Below, piece after piece: positions 51,858 through 64,000 of a DNA stretch of 64,000 nt (the stretch's first letter is position 1; every line of letters begins with the position of its first letter). This DNA comes from Microbotryum violaceum (lineage: Eukaryota). The DNA lies in NCBI GenBank assembly GCA_001244265.2, contig CDLV01000020.1, positions 372,001-436,000 on the forward strand. Reading direction: 5' to 3'. The notes under the pieces are model-generated. The model saw only the letters and a list, made by a program, of their open reading frames with translations. It was not told the origin of the DNA and made no database searches. A program made the translations under genes and the position numbers.

Positions 51858-53332
51858 ATGTCCGACACGACTCGTCGGTCCACCCACGACGCAGAGGGTC
51901 AGCGGAATGATCGCAGACGAGAGGAGCGAGATAGCGAGCGTGGTAGTAGGCGGGACGAGCGTCATCGGTCGCACGGGGATGAGCACAGATCCAGTGGGGA
52001 TCGACGACATGACTCGAGGAGGAATGGCGATGATGGGAAGGAGAGGAAGAGGTCGAGGTCGCCTCGAAGGGAAGACGCGAGAGGAGAGGGGCATCGTCGG
52101 TCAAGGCATCGCTCGAGGTCGAGGTCACGCTCGAGGTCGCCGGAGCGGAGGAGGGATCGGGATGACAAGGAAAGGGATACGGAAAGGAAGGAGAAACATC
52201 ATCATTCATCGTCATCGCGAAGTCACCGCCACCGCGATGAGGATCGACGTCGACGCAGGTTTCGTTCCCGCTCGCGCTCGTCGGATGGATCGTCGTCCGA
52301 CTCCGAGTCCGACGGGAGCCAACGACACCGCAAGGACCGACGCAAGAGTGGGGGTGGGAGTAGTAGTGGGAGGCATCATCGATCCTCAAGGCATCGGGAT
52401 GAGACAGAGTCCGAGAGGGAGGAGAGGAGGCGTAGGAAGAAGGAGAAGAGAGACAGAAAAGACCAGGTCAGTCAGTTGCCAAGGGTGTTGCAAGTAGTGA
52501 TTCCTGATACATATCTTACTCATGTACAGAAAGATCGAAAAAAGAAGGGTCTTGCGACGATCGAATGGGGCAAGCATGGCATTTTGACCGAGACCGACGT
52601 GAGTCCGCGCCTGGAGACGTGCTCGACTGCCCCACATGGTCTCATCGTCCCTCCTCGCCATCTAGATTTACCAAAAGGATCAAGAGTTCCGGGCCTGGCT
52701 CGTTGGGGAGAGAATGCTCAACCCCGAGACCATGTCCAAGGCCAAGGAGAAGGAGATTTTCAAGGTGCGTTTTTGGACGTTCCAACATCTGCACGCGAGA
52801 CATGGGTCGTGCGGAGGCTCATGTGGTATTGAACTGGGAGCATACAGGAGTTCATGGAGGACTTCAATACGGGGACGTTGCCGCACGAGAAATACTACAA
52901 CATGGACAAGTACGAAGCGAGGGCAAGTCGGCGATACCTCCTAGAAAGCGAGACAGGGAATCATCGAGGTCGCTTACTGGCCTTGTCGATGTTTGCAGAT
53001 GAATGCCATCCGAGGCGGAGAGACGGTCGTGACAAGCGACAGATATGACCCCAATGCCGATCTTGAATGTATGTCCAGTCCAATCATTCGTCTGTTGTTT
53101 CATACTGACCCTAACCCCCTTTTCTCACATCTCGACAGCGATCCGAGCTTCGCATCGTCGCGTGCCGACGCAGACGGAGACATTCCTCGACAAGACGCGA
53201 CTGGAAGCGTTGGCGCGCGTGCAGAGGGAACGCGTCGAAGCTGAACGTATGAAGAAGCTCGGGATGAAGGTCGCGGAGAACTTTGGTGTTATCACGCAGA
53301 CGAAGGAAGAGGCCAAGCGGGGAGGCAAGTGA
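51858..53332 (+). CDS. Conserved uncharacterised protein with RS/RD-rich N-terminus (probably nuclear or RNA-associated), 6 exons
   Basis: RSRSRSRSPERRRDR tract followed by WGKHGILTETD..QEFRAWL..EFMEDFNTGTLPHEKYYNMDKYE. Confidence 0.8.
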
Positions 53333-54387
53333 GACGACAAAGGCGCCTCATGAAAACGGAAGGGGTGTGTAGCGAGGTAGCGGGGTAGATCACATGCTTG
53401 AGTGATGTCATATCGTACAATCAGTGGTACGGGTATTCTGTGCGATGGAAGTGCCGCTCGAAAATCAACATCTGTATCCTCGATTCACCATTGTCACTTA
53501 GCGCGCGCATGGGTCCACTGGTGTAACGCACGCGGTGACGAGAGCGAGCTGATTTCGCGCATCGACTTCGACTTGGCACGGTTGTGACTTTGGTGAATGT
53601 GACGCGTCATTGAATTGTGAGCCGCTACAAGGAAGTAGATTAGTAAATTATCCCTGCAGAGGGTTACGACATAACTTACAAAGGCGATGTACCGGTAGTG
53701 GGTCAAGGTTTCTTTAGTCGGGTAGGTATTCCGAGAGTCACGGTCACAGTCGCCGAATGGTTCGGGCAGCACCCACTTCTCCGAAAGCTGTGCCAAGCCA
53801 TTCGGGGACACTTCGGACATGAGAGCGGTTGGGTGGGTGAGTCAGCGCCGCAAAAAGCCGCGGCGGAGTTTTGGCGGCCGCGCGCGCGCGCGCTGCGATT
53901 CGGAATGAGCGGAGGGACCGGATAGCGCGTGGACTGCGGACTCGCCCTACGAGCCTGACTCGAACAGCCTGACTCGGCCTTGGAAGCGTACGTCGGACTC
54001 GCACTGGCTCACGACGAGGGAAGGAGAGGTGGTTCTCTTCTGGACATACAAACACAGAAGAACAAAGGTGAGTGACAGCCTCAGCTACTTTAGGTGTTAG
54101 CGTCGTACCGCCGGCGGGTTCAGCTATCGTTCGAATTCATCTGGGTCTACCTCCACACGTGCGCCACGTTGCCCATCCTCCACCTGACTGGAACTGACAT
54201 CGCCCGAACGGGTTGGCGGCGCGCCTCCACAAATATCCAGTTTTTCTCTTTTCGGCTGAGCAAGCCGGCGACCCAAGCGAGCCAGCCGGAGCCCGGAAAT
54301 TGAGCATCTCTCATTTCCTTTTTCGCCCTCCCTCCTCCTTCCGACCTCTCGTCTTCCGACCTCAACTCCAACGCGTGGATTCAAACA

Positions 54388-57300
54388 ATGTCGGCTGCGC
54401 TAGCGGGTGTGTTGCCTGCGCCCAACAGGGAGAACGTGGCGCTCGTCTCGGAGGCGACGACCGATCATCCCGCGGCTGAGATGGCACCGGCGACCACCGC
54501 CACCACGACCATGCGGTCAGCTTCACACGAGTCGTCGCCCTCGTCGTACTCGTCCTCGACCACGTCCACGAGCGATGCCCACCACTCAACACGCCATGGC
54601 GACCACGTTCAAAACGTTAACGTCGCCAAAGGGAAAACCGAGTTCGAGTCCCTGCAGAGGAAGCTGAGTCGCACGAGCTCGATCCACCGCGCGCGTACGA
54701 GGGACTCGGCCCTGACCGCGGGCAACGGCGCCGACCTGGAGAAGCAGCAGGATCAAGACTCGGAGGACGACTTTGACTTGAGGGAGTATTTGCATTCTGG
54801 GAGCGAGGCGAGGAAAGCACATGGTTTCAAGCAGAAGCAGATTGGCGTCACCTGGCAGGGGTTGAGGGTCATCGGTGTCGGAGGCATGAAGGTCAGTTCA
54901 TGCGCGTGAGGAACGAAAAGGCCCAGCGATCGAGCTAACTGACACCTCATACTCCCGGTGCGCCCACAGATGTACATCCGAACGTTCCCCGACGCGATTA
55001 AGGAATTCGTGCTCTCGCCCGTCTTCATGGTGCTCAAGCACACCAAGATGTTTAAACCCGCACCCAAGAATCTTCTCCACTCTTTCGACGGGTTCGTCCG
55101 ACCGGGCGAAATGTGTCTCGTCCTCGGCCGACCGGGATCGGGCTGCTCGACGTTTCTCAAGACGATCGCGAATCAGCGTGGGGGTTACCTCGGCGTTGAA
55201 GGCGAAGTCAATTACGGTGGCATCCCCGCGAGTGAGATGGGCGAAAAGTACAAAGGAGAAGTCGTGTACAACCAGGAGGACGATGTGCACCATGCCGAGT
55301 TGACCGTTGCTCAGACATTGTGAGTCGGTTTGGGAGTTTGATCGACTGTGCTCCTCTTTTACGAATGTTGACCCCTTTGCCGTTGCATTCGATCTTTAAA
55401 GAAAGTTCGCACTGAGCTTGAAAACGCCGGGCAAGCGGTTACCCGACGAGTCGGCTGCGGAGTTCAAAAATAACGTCCTCAATCTTCTCACCAACATGCT
55501 CGGTATCTCGCACACCAAAAACACCAAAGTAGGATCCGCTCAAGTCCGCGGTGTTTCGGGTGGAGAGCGCAAGCGCGTCAGTATCGCCGAAATGATGGTC
55601 GGCCGCGCCTCCGTCACCTGCTGGGATAACTCGACCCGGGGGCTCGATGCCTCGACTGCCCTCGACTACGCCAAGTCTTTGAGGATCTTGACCGACATTT
55701 TTGGGACCGCGACGCTCGTGACGCTCTACCAGGCCGGTGAGGGCATAGTCGAGCAGTTTGACAAGATTTTGCTCATCGACGAAGGTCGCGAGGTCTACTT
55801 TGGGCCGGCCAAGGAAGCCCGAGCGTACATGGTCTCGCTCGGATACAAGGATCAACCTCGATCGACAACGGCCGATTTCTTGACTGGGTGCACGGACCCG
55901 AACGAGCGGCAGCTGGCCGATGGTCGCGACGAATCAAATGTACCGTCTACGCCTGAACAGCTCGAGGAGGCGTTCAAGAAGAGCGAGATCCATGCGCGCA
56001 TGAAGCGCGAACGCGAAGCTTTCAACTACGAGGTCGAGCAGGAGAAGGCGCGACTCGATGATTTCCGCCAAGCCGTGTTGACCGACAAGCATCGCGGTGT
56101 GCGCAAGACCAGTCCTTATACAGTCTCGCTGCTCAGTCAGATCCGAGCGTTGGCCGTGCGACAATTCGAACTCAAGTTGCAGAACCGCCTCGATCTATGC
56201 GTCTCCTTCTCGACAACGATCGTCATCGCCATCATTTCGGGTGCCTGCTACTTCCAGATCCCGGCGACGGCCGAAGGTGCCTTCACTCGTGGTGGTTCCA
56301 TCTTCATCGCGCTGCTCTTCAACGCTTTCCAGGCCTTTAACGAGCTGCCGACGCAGATGCTCGGTCGACCCATCATGTGGAAGCACGCCAACTTTGCGTT
56401 CCATCGACCGGCCGCCATGACGTTGGCCGCAACTGTCGCCGATGCGCCGTTTTCGATCTTGTCCATCTTTCTTTTCTGCGTCATCATCTACTTCATGGCC
56501 GGTCTGACCTCGACCGCGGGCGCATTCTTCACCTTCTACGTCATCGTGCTCGCCGGTTTCTTCTCCTTGGCGGCCTTTTTCCGTCTCATCGGAACGCTGA
56601 CGGCCTCGTTCGACGTCGCCGCTCGTCTTGCTTCGATCCTCATCACGCTCATGATCACCTACTCGGGCTACCTCATTCCCATCTACTCGCAAAAGCGATG
56701 GTTGTTTTGGCTGACGTACCTCAATCCGCTCAACTACGGTGCGTTAGCCTACGAGAGATCACGTCTTTCACGCAGCATTTCAAACTGACTTGCTCTGGCC
56801 CTCTGACTTTGCTTCTCAGCCTTCGCGGCTGCGATGATGAACGAGTTCAAGGACCTCAAGCTGGCGTGCTCAAACGGCTACATCACGCCTCGTCAAGTCG
56901 GTGGATTGACTCAGTACCCGACCACACTCGGCCCGAACCAGGTCTGCACGTTGCTCGGTTCGCAGCCGGGCCAGCCTTTCGTCGCCGGCGCAGATTACCT
57001 TCGCGTCTCCTACGAATACGAGGTTAGCCACCTCTGGCGCAACTTCGGTCTTACGCTCGTCTTCTTCATCGGCTTCAACGTCATCCAGTCATGGGCCGTG
57101 GAGCGTTTCAAGCATGGCGCCGACGCACCGGCGATCAATGTATTCGCCAAAGAGACGGCCGAAACGAAGGATCTCAACGAGAAGTTGCTGGCGAAGCGTG
57201 AGGCCAAGCGCAAGGGCCAAGAGGAGCAGGACCTTGCATCGATCGGATCCAACTCGAAGCCTTTCACGTGGGAGAACCTTCGCTACACCGTGCCCGTCCC

Positions 57301-59530
57301 CGGTGGGCGACGTCAGTTGCTCGATGATGTGTTTGGATACGTCAAGCCGGGCACGCTGACGGCTTTGATGGGATCGTCTGGAGCGGGAAAGACGACGCTG
57401 CTCGATGTGCTTGCCGCTCGCAAGAACATCGGTGTCATCGAAGGCGATATTTTGATTGGCGGTCGACCGACGACGAGGAGTTTCAAGCGTGGGTGCGCGT
57501 ATGCCGAACAGCTCGACGTTCACGAGCACACTGCGACCGTTCGCGAGACGTTTCGCTTCTCCGCGTACCTTCGTCAACCTGTTCATGTTGCGAAAGCTGA
57601 GAAAGATGCCTATGTCGAAGAGATTATACAGCTGCTTGAACTCGAGGACCTTGCGGATGCTTACATCGGTTTTCCTGGGTTCGGTCTCGGCGTTGAAGCT
57701 CGTAAGCGTGTCACGATCGGCGTCGAGTTGGCAGCCAAGCCCGAGATGCTCCTCTTCCTCGACGAACCGACCTCGGGACTCGACGCTCAGTCGGCGCTCA
57801 ACATCGCTCGCTTCCTCAAGAAACTCGCGGCCGCCGGTCAAGCCATCTTGTGCACGATTCACCAACCGAATGCACTTTTGTTCGAGTCATTCGATCGTCT
57901 GCTTTTGCTCAAAGCTGGCGGTTGTTGCGTCTACTTTGGCGATATCGGCAAGGACTCGATTGTCATTCGGGATTACTTTGCGAAGCGAGGTGCTCACTGT
58001 CCGCCAAAGGCCAACCCTGCCGAATGTAAGCTGGCACTGCAACTTCAGCTAGACTTTTTGTGGTCGGTTAGCTGATTCTTGCGTATGTCGAACTCACAGA
58101 TATGCTAGAAGCCATTGGTGCCGGATCTTCGCGCGCCGTCGGAAAGAAGGACTGGGCCGATCTCTGGCTCGAGAGTGAGGAGCTCGTGCAGATCAAAGAG
58201 GAGATTGCGGAACTCAAGCAACACAGCTTGGCGCTGCCCGCCGACTCGGCTGAAGACGCCGATCGAGAGTTCGCGACCCCGTTCATTTACCAGCTCAAGG
58301 TCGTCGCGAATCGCACAGCTATTGCATTCTACCGCTCCCCCGATTACGGCTTCACTCGACTGTTCAACCATCTCGCGATCGCGCTCTGTGTCTCGATCAC
58401 CTTCTTGAACCTCGGTAACAATCTTGGCGGTCTGCAGCAGCGCGTTTTCGCCATCTTCTACGTCACCGTCTTGCCCGCCATCATCATTTCGCAAGTCGAA
58501 CCTATGTATATCATGTCCCGGTCGACGTTCGTGCGCGAGTCGTCGTCTGGTATGTATTCGCAGGTCGTGTTTGCGATGTCGCAGCTCGCGGCCGAGATGC
58601 CGTACTCGATCATTTGCGCCGTTGTCTTCTTCCTTCTGTTGTATTACCCTATCGTGAGTCAAACAGTGCCATCGATTCATTGCAGAGTCACAAGATCGGG
58701 TGACTGACGCACTACTTTGTCGTCTCACACAGGGTTTCCAATTTGAATCAAGCCGAGCCGGATTCCAGTTCTTTATGATTCTCATCGTCGAGCTTTGGTC
58801 GGTGACGTTGGTGAGTTAGTTTTCTGTGCTTGCGCATGATCTTTGGATTGTGGCTGATTCTGCATCCCTCATGTTTGATGATCACAGGGTCAAGCCGTTG
58901 CGGCTCTTTCACCCTCAGTTTACATCGCTGCCGTTTCAAATCCTTTCATCCTCGTCATCCTCTCGCTCTTCTGTAGGTGGCCCCTCTCTCTTCGAATGAG
59001 CGATCTTACGCTTACAAATCCTGTTTTCTCATTTCTACAGGTGGTATCACGATCACTCCCCCCAATATTCCGGGAGCGTTCCAATGGCTATACCAACTGA
59101 ACCCACAAACACGCATCGTCAGCGCTTTGATCGCCACCGCGCTCTACGAGTTACCCGTCCAATGCACCCAACGCGAATTCGCCATCTTTGAACCCCCTAC
59201 AGGTCAATCGTGTTCGCAATGGGCAGGTCCGTTCGTACAAGCCGTTAAAGCGGGTTATCTCAATAATCCGAACGCTTCGAGCGGTTGCGAATATTGCTCC
59301 GTTAGTGTTGGGCAACAGTTTTATGAACCATTGGGCATTCGATTCGATACGAGGTGGAGGGATTTGGGAATTTTGATCGCTTTTACAGTGTTCAATTGTG
59401 GCGTCACCATTGTCGCCTCCAAGTTCTTGGTCAGTTTTGTGTTGCGGATATAGGGCTGCGCGTAGTCGATTCAAAAGCGTGACTAATGTCTTTTTGGGTC
59501 TTGTTCGAACAGAAATACGCAAAGCGATAG
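54388..59530 (+). CDS. Full-size PDR/ABCG transporter (NBD-TMD)2, Snq2-like
   Basis: Degenerate Walker A GRPGSGCST, VSGGERKRVSIAE, CWDNSTRGLD; NBD2 GSSGAGKTT, VEARKRVTIGVEL, FLDEPTSGLD, CTIHQP, NPAE. Confidence 0.95.
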
Positions 59531-59784
59531 AAAGAAAGATAGAGACTTAGTTTTGATGGCTCGTAATACACAGTACATTCATATGGGGCTTCCCAAAATT
59601 TAACTACTGTTTGGTTTTTGCACTGGACGGTTCTCGAGGCGAGATGACCTTCAAAGTGCACAAAGAGTGAGAAGGTTTGAGACTTACGGTCTCAGTCGTT
59701 CTGAGCTACAACACTGTATGATACCCCCGAAGTAGACTAGTCTCCCACTTAGTGGTTAACGTGTTTTTTTTTTTGCATGATAGT

Positions 59785-61238
59785 TTAGAGGTTCGCGATG
59801 GCGTTACCCGTCGGCTTCCACTTGCCCGCGAGGACGATCTCGATCCATTCGCATATGATTCCAGTCACTTTGTCGCGTTCCTTCTCGTCCTGTACACGTG
59901 ACGATTCATGAACCCTTCAGTATTACTTGATCCGGAACAGCGGAAAGAAAGCTGATCACGTACGGATAAACACCAATGATCCGCCGTTTCAAGTACCCTC
60001 ACTTCCAGATTTCCCCCTGGGAAACACTTGAGTACGGCGGGGGCTAGACACATCTCAGGAGGCAAGGCCGCGTCCAACGCTGCGGGTAATTGGAGGGCCG
60101 GGATGTGAGGAGGGAAAGTTGGGGATAGGTTCGAGGCGACTTCTTCGAGTTGGTTTATGGAGCGCGTCTTGTACCAGTTTAGACAACCGGCGAAACCGGT
60201 TTTGGAGAAGGTCGAGAGGTAGAAATCGAGTTCCTGAGAAGGGGAAGGGGAAGGGGAGTTAGCTATTCTACTCATTCCAGGTGAGTCTAAGCGCTATCTT
60301 GGAGTTACTCACTGGTTCGGGATCAGGTTTGGGTAATTTACCCTGACGACGTTGTTCGATCTGTCTATCGACGCTCTTCTCCAACCTCCCTTCCTGAACC
60401 CAAGAGCCCATCTCACTTCCCTCCGGTTTAGCCTCCTTAGGTCGACGTCTGAACCTCGCCGAATGCATCGATTCCAAAAATAAATCACCAACTTGATCCA
60501 ACTTAATCGCCATCTCGGGTTTCTTAAACGCGAGTTGATAACCAAAATTAGGTCGGTACTTGCGAATCAATTCTTCATCCGAGATGATCGGGGTTTTTGA
60601 ATTAGCGGGGGATTGGTAAGGCGTACAGACGGAAATGATCGCTTTGACTCGGTGAGGGAAGTAGTTTGTGAAGCGCCAGGCGATCATACCTCCCCAGTCG
60701 TGGCCTAGCAGGATCACTTGGCCAGGGACGCCGAGTTCGGTCAAGAGGAGGTTCAGGTCGTAAGATACGGTTTTGTAAGAGTAGTGGGAAGGGTCAGAGG
60801 GGGAGGAAGAGAGTCCGTATCCGAGTTGGGAGGGGCAGATCACCCGCCAGCCTCGAGCGGCAAAGGCGTGGATCTCTGTTCGGTTGCAGTGATGGAGCAA
60901 GGGGGCGACCGTACACCGTAGTTGTTGCAAAGGAGTCGAGGCAAGGTGTGAATGTGGGGAAGCACATGCGGGGAAGCCAATCACGTCAGCCCTACCGCAC
61001 ATTCTACTCTCTCCCACCTCCCTTATCATCCATGTCAAAAGCCAAACGCACGATACCTCCAACCGCACCACAAGTCGGGAAAGCCATGACATAGCAACAA
61101 GGTCGGCGCATCGGCGAGGTCGCCGCGGTGGTGAAGAGGAGCTTGGTCGACGACGTGGTACACGTGTTTGGTAGTGGGGATCCGCACGAAGCGGTGGTTG
61201 AACGAGTTTGGGTCAGCGGGATTGGGGGCGGTCGACAT
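59785..61238 (-). CDS. Soluble epoxide hydrolase-like alpha/beta hydrolase, 4 exons
   Basis: HGFPDLW..WRYQI, LGYGLS, GHDWGG nucleophile motif, LNWYKT, ADHW; ends ...IANL*. Confidence 0.9.
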
Positions 61239-61543
61239 CGTGCGGGGTGGGCCGGGGTGGGCTGATGGGTCGGAAGGGAGAAAGGGGAGGAGGAGGTCGG
61301 GGGTGGGGATCCATGGGCGCGGCTCGGCTCGGCTTCGGCTCGGGATGTTAACCGAGTCGCCCGCGGACGTTCTGTGACGAACGAGGAAGATTGTGTCTCT
61401 CTCTCGAGATGGTCAAGCACAAACATTCCGATCCTTGCAATTTTTCAGTCATCCTAAAAACCCGAAAATGTCCCTAGAACCCCCCGAGCTGTTATTTTAT
61501 GTACCTGCCTGTTTTTTTTTGATACCCCCCCCCCCCACCACTC

Positions 61544-64000
<2,457 letters not shown>

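Noticed and set aside
25961-61238. MFS + PDR + epoxide hydrolase as a detoxification or secondary-metabolite cluster
   Set aside because: No biosynthetic core enzyme is present and the genes are separated by housekeeping genes.

Overview
Intron-rich, GC-rich fungal DNA. Gene content (FunK1 kinases, a DUF6534-type membrane protein) and intron style point to a basidiomycete; Pucciniomycotina is only my guess. Core spliced genes: Sec7 ARF-GEF (GEA2/GBF1), a PAS-kinase-family kinase without a visible PAS domain, NudC, a Gfd2/YDR514C-like protein, a DHA2 MFS efflux pump, MSH5, SPP1, OMA1, a DUF6534-like 7TM protein, an RS-rich conserved protein, a PDR ABC transporter, an epoxide hydrolase and PMR1 (5'-truncated). 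Three accessory islands interrupt them. (i) ~7.9-13.8 kb: foldback/inverted repeats and decayed Cys-rich secreted-protein genes. (ii) ~21.3-25 kb: a decayed orphan zinc-finger gene. (iii) ~37.4-49.2 kb: an inverted, mosaic pair of FunK1 kinases with an F-box remnant between them, plus two members of one TIR DNA-transposon family. The two elements are a 2.4-kb element and a 242-bp MITE; both start 5'-AGGACCC, have exact 8-bp target-site duplications and lie in promoter regions. That family is the strongest candidate for something undescribed. All coordinates were read by eye and no database searches were run.
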